DNA of 64,000 bases from an uncultured Syntrophus sp. (GTDB lineage Bacteria > Desulfobacterota > Syntrophia > Syntrophales > UBA8958): positions 2,296-66,295 of the forward strand of contig CAZNDG010000012.1 of NCBI GenBank assembly GCA_964571695.1, written 5' to 3'. Below the pieces are notes generated by a model. It was not told where the DNA came from. It saw only the letters and a list, made by a program, of their open reading frames with translations, and searched no databases. Every line of letters starts with the position of its first letter. Position 1 is the first letter of the stretch. Positions 16,471 through 25,993 of the stretch are shown piece by piece. A program made the translations under genes and the position numbers.

Positions 16471-18012
16471 ATGAAGGATCTCCCTCCCCGCGTCCGCTTT
16501 GCCCCTTCCCCCACCGGGGATCTCCATGTGGGCAACGCCCGCACCGCCCTGTTCAACTGGCTTTTCGCCCGCCGTTACGGGGGGGTCCTGGTCCTGCGCA
16601 TCGAGGATACGGATCAGGTCCGGACCACCCGGGCATTCGAGGAGCATCTCCTTGCCGACCTAACCTGGCTGGGCATCGACTGGGACGAGGGCCCGGGGCG
16701 CGGGGGGGACTGCGGACCCTACCATCAGAGTGAGCGGCTGCCCCTTTATCGGGAAAGCCTGGAAGGACTCATCGCCGCCGGTATGGTTTATCCCTGTTTC
16801 TGTACCGACGAGGAGCTGGAGGCAGAGCGCCTGAGTCTTCTTTCGCGGAAACTGGCCCCGCGCTATTCGGGAAAGTGCCGGAGGCTCGACGATGATCAAC
16901 GGCGGCGGTTGGCGGAGTCGGGACGGGCGGCGGCCTGGCGTTTCCATATCCCGCCGGGAAGCGTAGCCTTCCGCGACCTGATCCGGGGGGATATGCGCTT
17001 TGCCGGCGAGGCCCTGGGGGATTTCATCATCGTCCGCTCCAACGGCATCCCCGCCTATAATTTTGCCGTTGTGGTCGATGATCACCTCATGGGGATCACC
17101 CATGTGATCCGGGGGGAGGACCATCTTTCCAACACGGCCCTGCAGCTCCTTCTCTACCGGGCTCTGGGTTTCGAGCCGCCGCAATTCGCCCATCACGCCC
17201 TGATTCTCGGACGGGACCGGGCCAAGCTCGGGAAACGCCACGGCGCCACCGCCGTCCGGGAATTCCGGGAACATGGGGTGCTGCCGGAGGCCCTGGTCAA
17301 TTATCTGGCCCTCCTGGGGTCCTCCTTCGAGGCGGGGCGGGAGTTTTGCCGGGTGGAGGAGACCATTGCCTCCTTTTCCCTGGACCGGGCCGGCAAGAGC
17401 GGCGCCGTCTTCGATGAAGACAAGCTGCGGTGGCTCAACAGCCTGTATATCAGGCAGGAAGCGCCGGAGATTCTCGTCCGGCGCCTGCGACCCTTCGTCG
17501 CGGCGGCTGGTTACGGGGAGATCGGTGCCTCTCGCCTCCACGGGATCATCGAAGCGGTCCGGGACAACCTCCATGACCTGACGGAAATAGGAGATTATTT
17601 GCGAATCTTCGACGATGGGGCCTACGATCTATCCCCGGAGGCCCGGGCGATCATTGCCGGCCCGGAGGCCCGGGAGGTGATCGCGTCCCTCCTGGCCCTC
17701 CTTACTGAACCCATTGCCGGCGATCGGGTCGAACCGGTTGCAAATGCCCGGAACAGCGACGACCAGGCATTTGCAACCGGTTCCGGGGAAGGCGCCCGGA
17801 TCGCCGGAGCTAACGATGAGGTGACGTCAAGTCTTTATCGAACCCTTATGGTGCTCCTGGCCGAGCGCACGGGCCGGCGGGGGAAAAAACTGTTCCTGCC
17901 CCTACGCGCCGCCCTCACGGGCCGGACCAGGGGGCCGGAGTTGGATCGCTGTTTCGCCGTCCTGGGCCGTGCATCGATGCGCCGCCGCCTGGAAAGTGCC
18001 CTGGCCGTCTGA
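16471..18012 (+). CDS. gltX: glutamyl-tRNA synthetase
   Basis: RVRFAPSPTGDLHVGNARTALFNWLFA (HIGH region) and KLGKRHG (KMSKS-like) are present. A low-complexity insert lies near the C-terminus (~17710-17835). Confidence 0.92.
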   Translation: MKDLPPRVRFAPSPTGDLHVGNARTALFNWLFARRYGGVLVLRIEDTDQVRTTRAFEEHLLADLTWLGIDWDEGPGRGGDCGPYHQSERLPLYRESLEGLIAAGMVYPCFCTDEELEAERLSLLSRKLAPRYSGKCRRLDDDQRRRLAESGRAAAWRFHIPPGSVAFRDLIRGDMRFAGEALGDFIIVRSNGIPAYNFAVVVDDHLMGITHVIRGEDHLSNTALQLLLYRALGFEPPQFAHHALILGRDRAKLGKRHGATAVREFREHGVLPEALVNYLALLGSSFEAGREFCRVEETIASFSLDRAGKSGAVFDEDKLRWLNSLYIRQEAPEILVRRLRPFVAAAGYGEIGASRLHGIIEAVRDNLHDLTEIGDYLRIFDDGAYDLSPEARAIIAGPEAREVIASLLALLTEPIAGDRVEPVANARNSDDQAFATGSGEGARIAGANDEVTSSLYRTLMVLLAERTGRRGKKLFLPLRAALTGRTRGPELDRCFAVLGRASMRRRLESALAV

Positions 18013-18067
18013 TCCGGGCGGGGACCGGTATTGGCCCGTTTCGGGTGCCAGGCGGGGAAATCAGTAC

Positions 18068-18097
18068 GGCGCCGGAGCGGTTTACCGCTCCGGCGCC
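18068..18097 (+). terminator. perfect 13-bp GC-rich hairpin after gltX (possible terminator, weak U-tract)
   Basis: GGCGCCGGAGCGG-TTTA-CCGCTCCGGCGCC is followed only by GGCTTTG. Confidence 0.35.
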
Positions 18098-18158
18098 GGC
18101 TTTGCCCGCGCCGCGGAGAAAAGGAGGGGCCAATAAAGCCGGGCCGCTGCAAGATGGG

Positions 18159-19517
18159 ATGAAACTGAGGATTATTGAAGAATCGGTGCTGTTTGTCAGC
18201 ATCCTGAAATGGATTGTGCTTGCGGCCGGGATCGGATTCGTCGTCGGCGTCTCCACCACGGCGTTTCTCAAAATCCTGGCTGCCGCCATCGCCTTCGCCC
18301 AGGATTTCCCCCATTATTACCTTGCCCTGCCCCTGGGGCTCTTCGCCAGTGTCCTGATCGTCAAGTACATTGCCCGGGAAGCCCAGGGCTACGGCACGGA
18401 AAAGGTGATCGAGGCAGTCCATAAAAACGGCGGGGCCATGCGTGCCGTGGTCATTCCCGCGAAGCTCTGCGCCACGGTGGTGACCATCGCAGCCGGTGGT
18501 TCCGCCGGACAGGTGGGTCCCTGCGCCCAGATCGGTGGCGGGCTGGCCGCCGCCTTTGCCAACGCCTTTCGCCTGGATGCCAACGACCGGAAAAAACTCG
18601 TGATCTGCGGCATCAGCGCCGGTTTCGCCGCCGTCCTCGGGGCGCCGGTGGCCGGCGCCGTCTTCGGACTGGAGGTCCTCTTCGTCGGGTCGCTTCTCTA
18701 TGAAGTCCTCCTTCCCTCCTTCATCGCCGGGATCATCTCCTATCACACCGCCGCCGTCCTGGGGATCGATTATTTCCACTATCCCGTCCATTTGCAGCCG
18801 GTTTTCACCGAGGTCTTCTTTCTCGAGATCATCGGCGCCGGCATCTTTTTCGGCCTCTGCGCCATCCTGGCCATCGAGTCTCTGCGGCTGACGCGACGAC
18901 TCTTCGACAGGATTCCCGTCTGGCCGCCTCTCAAGGCAGTTATCGGCGGGGTTCTCCTCATCATGCTCGCCTTCCTGACGTCCTTCCGTTATCTCGGTCT
19001 GGGTATGGAAATCATCGCCGACTCCCTCCAGGGGGTAAAGGTGGCGGCCTCCGCCTTCGTCATGAAAACCCTGTTCACCGCCGTGACCTTCGCCTCCGGG
19101 GGCAGCGGCGGGATCATCGCCCCCCTGATGGTCATCGGAGCCGCCGCCGGGGCCTTCTTTGCCGCTCTGACGGGTCTGGATGCGGCCACCTTTGCCGCGG
19201 TGGGGCTGGTGAGCGTTTTGGCCGGGGCGGCCAACACGCCCATCGCCATGAGCATACTGGCCATAGAACTATTCGGCAAGGACATCGGCGCCTACGCGGC
19301 TATCGCCTGCGTCATCAGTTTTCTCATCACCGGGCATCGCAGCATCTTTCCCACCCAGGTCATGGCGATGAAGAAATCTTCGTCCGTGGAAGTGGAACTC
19401 GGTCAGGAACTGGACAAGGTGCAGGCGCGCTACAAGTTTCGTGAAAAGAGCGTTATCGGTACGGGAATAAAGATGACGAAAAGGATCAGGAAACCGGGAA
19501 ACGGCCGGAAGGATTGA
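18159..19517 (+). CDS. voltage-gated chloride channel (ClC) family protein
   Basis: The protein is multi-TM with ClC signature-like segments GSAGQVGP and GAPVAGAVFGLEVL. The start at MKLRIIEE was chosen inside the longer ORF. Confidence 0.8.
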   Translation: MKLRIIEESVLFVSILKWIVLAAGIGFVVGVSTTAFLKILAAAIAFAQDFPHYYLALPLGLFASVLIVKYIAREAQGYGTEKVIEAVHKNGGAMRAVVIPAKLCATVVTIAAGGSAGQVGPCAQIGGGLAAAFANAFRLDANDRKKLVICGISAGFAAVLGAPVAGAVFGLEVLFVGSLLYEVLLPSFIAGIISYHTAAVLGIDYFHYPVHLQPVFTEVFFLEIIGAGIFFGLCAILAIESLRLTRRLFDRIPVWPPLKAVIGGVLLIMLAFLTSFRYLGLGMEIIADSLQGVKVAASAFVMKTLFTAVTFASGGSGGIIAPLMVIGAAAGAFFAALTGLDAATFAAVGLVSVLAGAANTPIAMSILAIELFGKDIGAYAAIACVISFLITGHRSIFPTQVMAMKKSSSVEVELGQELDKVQARYKFREKSVIGTGIKMTKRIRKPGNGRKD

Positions 19518-19563
19518 TGCCCCGGTAATAAGACAATGGGGATGATCCATTCCCGTGTCCGGA

Positions 19564-20280
19564 TCAGGGAAGTTCCCAGGCGGATCGGAGCTGCCGATAG
19601 GCGGTTTCCGGAAGTTGGATCAGGACGGGGTTGGCGGCCGGATCGAGCCAGCGGAGGATCTTTTCCAGATTTTCCGGGGACATGGTCGTGCATCCCGCCG
19701 TGCCGCTTTCCGGATTCTTCCAGATATGGATGAAGATGCAGGAACCACGACCCGGTATCGCGGGGGCGGGATTGTGTTCCACGACGATGCCCCGGCGGTA
19801 TTGTTCATCCGCGCGGCGCATGTCCTCGCAGCTCGACCAGTCCGCGGCAACGCTTCCGGCATCCACCAGGCGGTTGTAGTGGCGGGAACGGGGGTCGTCT
19901 ATGCACTTCAGTGCCCCATAAGCTTCGTAATACGGCATTTTCAGCCACGGATACGCACCCGGCGGGGCGTAGCCGAAAACAGCGCTCAATTTGAAAATGC
20001 CCGCCGGAGCCCGTCCGTCTCCCTCTCGTTTTTCCGTCCCATACCCGTTTTGATTATGGAGACCCACGCCCCAACCCATTCCGTTGCGGCCTACAACCAC
20101 CGGGAAAGTCGGCCCTGCGGACCGCCAGGGGGCCGTCCCGGATGACCGCTCGTAACGCTGAAGTAATCCCTGAGACGACGTCCAGGAAGTGGTTTTGACC
20201 ACCAAGGCCTGGCGTGACATCCCGATGGGGGATGATACGGAGGCAAGGGCGATCGATAGGATCAATAATGGTAACATCAT
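19564..20280 (-). CDS. L,D-transpeptidase (YkuD-like) family protein, secreted
   Basis: There is a signal peptide MMLPLLILSIALASV. The catalytic-site-like sequence GSCIFIHIW...SGTAGCTTM provides His and Cys. Confidence 0.65.
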   Translation of the reverse strand: MMLPLLILSIALASVSSPIGMSRQALVVKTTSWTSSQGLLQRYERSSGTAPWRSAGPTFPVVVGRNGMGWGVGLHNQNGYGTEKREGDGRAPAGIFKLSAVFGYAPPGAYPWLKMPYYEAYGALKCIDDPRSRHYNRLVDAGSVAADWSSCEDMRRADEQYRRGIVVEHNPAPAIPGRGSCIFIHIWKNPESGTAGCTTMSPENLEKILRWLDPAANPVLIQLPETAYRQLRSAWELP

Positions 20281-20379
20281 TCTTTGTGTTCCTCTTCGGC
20301 CGTGACGATCGGGGTGCGGTGGTTGAATATCCCGGCCGTTGTTTCCCGTAAAGAAAGGAAGAAATTCTGATTTAACTAT

Positions 20380-21645
20380 TCAAGGCGACGCTTCCTCATT
20401 CCTCGCCCACTTGTGGTACCGGATCAGCAACAGCAGGCCGGGGGCCGCCAGGGCGGTGCAGATGACGAAGAACCAGACCCAGCCCACGGCAACGACGAGG
20501 AAACCCGTCGGCGCCCCGGTGACATAACGGCTGACGGCCATGAGACTGCTCAGGAGGGCGTACTGGGTGGCCGTGAAGCGGGTGTTGCAGAGCCCCATGA
20601 GCAGCGCCGTGTAAGCCGCCGTCCCCATGCCCCCGCAGATGTTCTCGATCCCGATGACCGTGCTCAGGGCCCAGATCTGGCGGCCCGTGAACTCGAGCAG
20701 CACGAAAGAGATGGTGGAGACGCCCTGGAGGACGCCGAAGACCAGCAGCGACCGCCGCAGATCCCATTTCGTCATCAGCGCCCCGCCCACGATGCCGCCC
20801 AGGATGGTGGCGGCCATGCCGAAGCCCTTGAAGATCGTTCCCAATTCCGTCCGGGAAAATCCGATATGTTGGAGGATGTAGGGAGTGGTCATCTGGGCGG
20901 CGGCAACGTCGCCGAGCTTGTAGAGGATGACGAACAGCAGGATCTCCACCGCCCCCGGCCGCTTGAAAAACTCCACGAAGGGCTGCAAGACCGCCTCCCG
21001 GAGACTCTGGGGCGGCGCCGCGTCGTGCCGGAGGGGCCTCCCCGCCTCGGGGTCGGGACAGAGGAAGGTGGCGGCAACGCCGACCAGCATGACCAAGCCC
21101 ATGATGACATAGACGCTCCGCCAGGAGATATGATCCGACATGATCAAAGCCAGGGCGCCGCTGACCAGAATGGCGAGCCGGTAGCCCATGATCCAGATCC
21201 CGGCGCCGGCGCCCCGTTCTTCCGGGGCGAGGTATTCCGTCCGGTAGGCGTCCAGGACGATGTCCTGGCTGGCGCTGAAGAAGGCCAGCGCGACGGCCCA
21301 GAAGGCGACGATCAAGGGCTGGGAGGCGGGACTGAAAAAACCCAGCGTGGCGATGGTGGCGATGAGGGCCCCCTGGGTGATGAGCATCCATCCCCGTCGC
21401 CGGCCCAGAAAGGGGGGAAGGAAGCGATCCAGCAGCGGCGACCAGAGAAATTTGAACGCGTAGGGGAGACCGACGAGAGAAAAGATCCCGATCGTCTTGA
21501 TGTCCACGCCCTCCGTAACCATCCAGGCGGCGAGGGTGGAGCTGGTCAGGGCCAGGGGCATCCCCGAGGCAAAGCCCAGAACCAGCATGAGAATCATCTT
21601 TTTGGTGAAATAGATCCGGAAAATATCGAAAATATTTGTCTTCAC
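20380..21645 (-). CDS. ampG: AmpG family muropeptide MFS transporter
   Basis: LVLGFASGMPLALTSSTLAAWM...LPYAFKFLWSPLLDRF matches the AmpG N-terminal signature, and the protein has ~12 TM segments. The GTG start overlaps the upstream stop (GTGA). Confidence 0.85.
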   Translation of the reverse strand: MKTNIFDIFRIYFTKKMILMLVLGFASGMPLALTSSTLAAWMVTEGVDIKTIGIFSLVGLPYAFKFLWSPLLDRFLPPFLGRRRGWMLITQGALIATIATLGFFSPASQPLIVAFWAVALAFFSASQDIVLDAYRTEYLAPEERGAGAGIWIMGYRLAILVSGALALIMSDHISWRSVYVIMGLVMLVGVAATFLCPDPEAGRPLRHDAAPPQSLREAVLQPFVEFFKRPGAVEILLFVILYKLGDVAAAQMTTPYILQHIGFSRTELGTIFKGFGMAATILGGIVGGALMTKWDLRRSLLVFGVLQGVSTISFVLLEFTGRQIWALSTVIGIENICGGMGTAAYTALLMGLCNTRFTATQYALLSSLMAVSRYVTGAPTGFLVVAVGWVWFFVICTALAAPGLLLLIRYHKWARNEEASP

Positions 21646-22592
21646 GCCGACCGCCGCCTTCCGGACCCGACCGCCGCCCGGACAAGGGACCGAAACAGTA
21701 GCCGGTGGGGCTCCTCGTCCGGCAACCGCTCGGGATGCCACTGGACGCCCAGGACAAAGCGTCCGGTGGCCGCCCAGGACGAACCGGGGGTTGCTTCAAT
21801 GGCCTCGATGACCCCGTCGGAGCTCCAGGCCGAGGCGGCGAGACCGTTTCCCACCCGCTCCGGATGGACGGCCTGGTGATGGAAGGAGTTGGCGGCAAAC
21901 TCTTCCCCCGGCGGCGTGCCGGTGGCGTGGGCGGCGAGGCTTTGCGGGGCGAGTCTCAGGAGGTGCCGGTATTCTTCCTCCAGTGCGGAACGGGCGTTCG
22001 CGTTTTTCTCCCCCGTCGCCGGGTCCGGTTTCCCACCCGATTGGATTGTCGGCTTCGCCGCCGTTCCTTCCCTCCGTCCCGTTTTCCCCTCCGGCGTCAC
22101 ACCGGACGCAACGGCGGTGGAACGGCTTTCGAGAGCGTGCTCCCGGCCCTTGGCGCTGTGGGGCAGGGGCGGACCGCCTCCCGGCGGCCGCCATTCCGTT
22201 CCGATGTCCTGAATCAACGCGCCGCCCCGGACGATGGACAGGAGCTGGCAGCCCCCGCAGATCCCCAGGACCGGGAGATCCGTTTCTTCCAGGATCGTTT
22301 TCGCCAATGTGATGTCGAAACGATCCCGCCGTGGATGGACCAGCTCCTCCGCCGGCTGGGGATGGCCCCCGTAATGTGCGGGGTGGTAATCGGCCCCGCC
22401 GATGAAGAGAAAGCCCTGAAGCCGGGCGATGATTTCCCGGATTGTCGCCAAATCACCGCCGGGGGGGATGCAGACGGGGGCGCCGCCGGCCCCGGCGACC
22501 GCGGCAACATAGTCCGGGGGGACGAACAGGCGCTCGACTCCGGAGGCGGCCGTGCTCTCTATGGACATGTTCAAACCGATCAGCGGCGGCAT
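21642..22592 (-). CDS. class I glutamine amidotransferase / peptidase C26 (PuuD-like gamma-glutamyl hydrolase) with internal low-complexity insert
   Basis: MPPLIGLNM..., PVLGICGGCQLL (nucleophile Cys) and NSFHHQAV...GVQWHPE are present. A ~60-aa G/P/A/T-rich insert lies between the Cys and HHQ motifs. The start is at 22592 or 22634. Confidence 0.75.
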   Translation of the reverse strand: MPPLIGLNMSIESTAASGVERLFVPPDYVAAVAGAGGAPVCIPPGGDLATIREIIARLQGFLFIGGADYHPAHYGGHPQPAEELVHPRRDRFDITLAKTILEETDLPVLGICGGCQLLSIVRGGALIQDIGTEWRPPGGGPPLPHSAKGREHALESRSTAVASGVTPEGKTGRREGTAAKPTIQSGGKPDPATGEKNANARSALEEEYRHLLRLAPQSLAAHATGTPPGEEFAANSFHHQAVHPERVGNGLAASAWSSDGVIEAIEATPGSSWAATGRFVLGVQWHPERLPDEEPHRLLFRSLVRAAVGSGRRRSA

Positions 22593-22599
22593 GGCCGTT

Positions 22600-24174
22600 T
22601 CAATTTCCGAAGCGGCGATTGTAGAGGTCGGCAAACCCGTCCTTGCCCGTGGCCATAAGCAGGGTCAAAGGCATGGCCTTCTCCGCCGCCGCCAGCATCG
22701 CCGCCGTGAGGTTCCGGATGTCCCACTGGGCGTGGCGGTCCGCCCGGAGGCGGGCGATATGGTAAAGCTCCCGGGCGTTGACCTTCAGGGCGACGCGCCT
22801 CCGGTGGGCGTTGGTCAGGATGTAGGAGGCGGCCTCGGCGCCCGCCGTATCCCGGAGCTGTTCGTACAGCTTGCCGGTGATGTCCATGAGTTTCCGGAAA
22901 GATTCATCCATTCCGATAGCGGCAATCGACGGTGGTATGGTGACGCCCAGACCGGGGTCGTATCCCTGGGCGGTGAGAGTGGCCATGCGGTGGCGTTTCA
23001 ACTGGGCGAAACAGCCGGCGCTGACGGTGAGTTCGAAGATAAGGTCCACGTATTCGAATTCTCTCAGGACGGAATCATAAGCACGGAGGTGACGCAGGGC
23101 GGTCTTGACGAGGTTAAGTCGCTGCCCGGCATCCAGTAACCGGGCCCGGGCAAGACAGGAAGACAGGGGCCGCCAGGACGAGGAATGGAGGAGGGCCGCC
23201 AGGAGCCGGAGATCGGCGTCAGGCGTGACATAGGACAAAAATACGTCATCCCGAGGCACTTCCGGCAATGCCGTCACCGGGGCGATGGCGTCGCCCCTTT
23301 GCCCTGGGGACGGCTGAGCCGCCTGGCCCGCCTCGGGCCCGCCGCCGGCGCATGTCGCCTGCCGATCCCGGTCATCCGTGGAGCCTTCCTTGAACAGTGC
23401 GGCCGCTGCCTCCCGGAGTTCCCGCCGCGTCAGCAGATCATAGTCCGTCGCCTCGGTATAGCGCACCAGGGAGGGGGCGATGGACTTGGTGGCCTTATAG
23501 AGTGCGGCGCTCAAATCCCGGGCCTCCTTCAAGGGGTGAGCGGCGAGGCGGCGGAGCATGAGTTCCAGATTCCTGGCGTTGAGGGTCATCCCCAGTTGGG
23601 TTTCCGTGGCCAGGGCTATGGCATAGCGGGCGTCTTCCTTGGCCCAGCCTTCGAGGAGGGAGCGGTTGGCGGTCTCCCCCGCCAGCTCCGGGTGCCGGGC
23701 GAAGACATGGGGGCGGAGCTGTTCGTAGCATTCCCGGTAAAAGGCGTTCTGACGTCCGACGACCTCGGTGAACGGCCCTGCCAACCCCGCATTTTTTATC
23801 TCCTCCGGGATCACGAAGTCGTCCTTGAACAGGACGTAGCGCTGAGACTTTTCCGTATAGGAACAGAGGCGAAACTTTTCAATGTCCTCCACCAAAAGCC
23901 GGGATACCCCCAGGATGTCAAGGTTGAAAACCGCATGTTCGGCGATGGAACTGTGGCCCATCTCGAAGACGATATTCCGGTTGGACTGGCGGGCCTTGTC
24001 CACCTCTCCCCGGGCGGCCGCCCGCAGTTCGTGCACCGGCCGGGGGGAACGGCTGATCCGGGCATAGGCGGCGGCGATGGTTTCTGGCGTCAGTTCTTCG
24101 AGGTCCTCGCAGCGGTCCTCGATGTCCATGATCGTTTCGTAATCGATGTTGTAACCGGCAAGAATGACTTTCAT
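22600..24174 (-). CDS. thyX: FAD-dependent thymidylate synthase, tandem double-domain form
   Basis: Two ThyX-like halves are present. Half 1 has SIAEHAVFN...KFRLCSYTEKSQRYV. Half 2 has KRHRMATLT and NARELYHIARLRADRHAQWDIR. Confidence 0.8.
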   Translation of the reverse strand: MKVILAGYNIDYETIMDIEDRCEDLEELTPETIAAAYARISRSPRPVHELRAAARGEVDKARQSNRNIVFEMGHSSIAEHAVFNLDILGVSRLLVEDIEKFRLCSYTEKSQRYVLFKDDFVIPEEIKNAGLAGPFTEVVGRQNAFYRECYEQLRPHVFARHPELAGETANRSLLEGWAKEDARYAIALATETQLGMTLNARNLELMLRRLAAHPLKEARDLSAALYKATKSIAPSLVRYTEATDYDLLTRRELREAAAALFKEGSTDDRDRQATCAGGGPEAGQAAQPSPGQRGDAIAPVTALPEVPRDDVFLSYVTPDADLRLLAALLHSSSWRPLSSCLARARLLDAGQRLNLVKTALRHLRAYDSVLREFEYVDLIFELTVSAGCFAQLKRHRMATLTAQGYDPGLGVTIPPSIAAIGMDESFRKLMDITGKLYEQLRDTAGAEAASYILTNAHRRRVALKVNARELYHIARLRADRHAQWDIRNLTAAMLAAAEKAMPLTLLMATGKDGFADLYNRRFGN

Positions 24175-24181
24175 ATCCCGA

Positions 24182-25993
24182 TCAACGAAATTGGAAGTTT
24201 TTTTCTTTCAGCAGCCTCAGACAGGCAGCCACGACGTCGGCGTCGTAGCGGACGCCCCGCTGGCCGCTTATTTCCTCGATGGCCTTGTGGATTCCCAGGG
24301 ACGGCCGGTACGGGCGGTGTGAAGCCATGGATTCCACCACGTCTGCCACGCTGATTATCCTCGATGCCAATAGTATATCCTGACCTTTCAGATGCCGGGG
24401 ATAGCCCGAGCCGTCCATCCGCTCATGATGTTCCATGATCATCCGGGCTATCGGCCAGGGAAAATCGATGCCCTGGAGGATGTCGTGGCCGATCTGGGCA
24501 TGGAACTTGATGAGGTTGTATTCGATATCCGTCAACCGCGTCGGTTTGCTCAGAATTTCCGCCGGGATGGACAATTTGCCCAAATCGTGGATCGCCCCGG
24601 CCACCCGGATGCCGTCCGCCTGCTCCGGCGACAGGCCCATTTCCAGGGCAATCGCCCGGGCGAGTTCGGCCACTCGCTTTTGGTGGCCCGCCGTATAAGG
24701 GTCCCGGGCTTCGATGGTGGCGGATATGACCTGGATGATCGCCTCAATGGATTTCTCCAGCCGGGCGATAGTCTGCCCGATGCGATCTTCCGCTTCCCTG
24801 CGGGCGGTGATGTCGGTAAGAAAATTCAGCGTCGCCCCCCGCCCCTCCCAGGTAAAGGAGACGGCGTTGATCTCCACCCAGATGACCTTCCCCGTTTTTG
24901 TCACGCAGCGGAAGGGATAGATCTCCGGATAAGCGGATCCGCCTGCCACCCTTTCTTGGAAACGTTCCTTTACCATCTCCCGGTCCGCAGGATGGATGAA
25001 GTCCGTGAACGGGCGGGAAAGGAGCTCTTCCGCGGAATATTCGGTCATTTCTATCGTCTTGGGGTTGGCGAACCTGAGGACCCCGAACTGGGCGACGACG
25101 ATCGCCTCGTTGGCATTGTTGATGAGGAGGCGGTATTGCGCTTCGTTTTTCCGGATGGCTTCTTCAGCCAGGACGCGGTCCGTTATATCGATGGCCGTTC
25201 CCAGCATGGCGGGACGCCCTTCGTATTCCAGATTGGTGGCGGCAAAATCTATCCACCGCTCCTCCCCGTTCTTGGTGACGATCTTAAACTCATAACGTGA
25301 CGGAACCGCTTCCCCCCGCTGCCGGGCCAGACCCTGGGCCTTGATGAGTTCCCGATAATCGCCATGCGCCAGTTCCCAATAATCAATTCGCTGCAATTCC
25401 GAGAGGTTGTAACCGGTGATTCGTTCAAAGGCGGGATTGACATAGCGGACTTTCGTGTCCTGGATGATGAAGATCGCCGAGGGGGTCGTCTCGGCAATGG
25501 CGCGGAATTTTTCTTCGCTCGCCTTCAGGGCGGAGGCGACCTGGCGCTTATCCGTCACGTCCCTTATGTAGCCACCGATGCCGTACTCGTCCTTGCCGAT
25601 TCTTACCCGGAATTTTCTGGTCTCGTAGATACGGTCGCCCACGGGCTCTTCGTCGGTGTGGATAATATCGGTCTCCAATGCCTCCGTATCGGACATCCGG
25701 CACCTTCTCGCCGCCTTTTCCGGCATGAGTTCGAAGTCGGTCCTGCCGATCACCTCGGATTCCCGTTTGCCGAAGAATCTCAGGAGCGGCTCGTTGGCGA
25801 TGATGTGGCGAAACGATTCATCCTTCAGGTAGGCCATATCGGACATGGAATCAAGGAAAGTGCGGTAGAATTCCGTTAGTTCGCCGGCTTCTCCGGTGAA
25901 AATATCGCTTCCGGCTTCTCTCGGAACGCGGTTGCTCCGGCGCTCTGACGACGGTGTGGCCGGGCTTGCGGGAGGTTCTCGGTGCTGCGGCAT
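24182..25993 (-). CDS. PAS-domain sensor with C-terminal HD-GYP phosphodiesterase domain
   Basis: Three PAS-like repeats are followed by HD..HDLGK and HHERMDGSGYPRHL. The start is uncertain (ATG at 25993 or TTG at 26053). Confidence 0.85.
   Translation of the reverse strand: MPQHREPPASPATPSSERRSNRVPREAGSDIFTGEAGELTEFYRTFLDSMSDMAYLKDESFRHIIANEPLLRFFGKRESEVIGRTDFELMPEKAARRCRMSDTEALETDIIHTDEEPVGDRIYETRKFRVRIGKDEYGIGGYIRDVTDKRQVASALKASEEKFRAIAETTPSAIFIIQDTKVRYVNPAFERITGYNLSELQRIDYWELAHGDYRELIKAQGLARQRGEAVPSRYEFKIVTKNGEERWIDFAATNLEYEGRPAMLGTAIDITDRVLAEEAIRKNEAQYRLLINNANEAIVVAQFGVLRFANPKTIEMTEYSAEELLSRPFTDFIHPADREMVKERFQERVAGGSAYPEIYPFRCVTKTGKVIWVEINAVSFTWEGRGATLNFLTDITARREAEDRIGQTIARLEKSIEAIIQVISATIEARDPYTAGHQKRVAELARAIALEMGLSPEQADGIRVAGAIHDLGKLSIPAEILSKPTRLTDIEYNLIKFHAQIGHDILQGIDFPWPIARMIMEHHERMDGSGYPRHLKGQDILLASRIISVADVVESMASHRPYRPSLGIHKAIEEISGQRGVRYDADVVAACLRLLKEKNFQFR

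Noticed and set aside
20396-21898. 500-aa (minus) and 488-aa (plus, 20413-21879) ORFs overlapping ampG
   Set aside because: Their composition is R/G/P/H/D-rich, as expected for shadow frames. The third frame gives a clean 12-TM AmpG.
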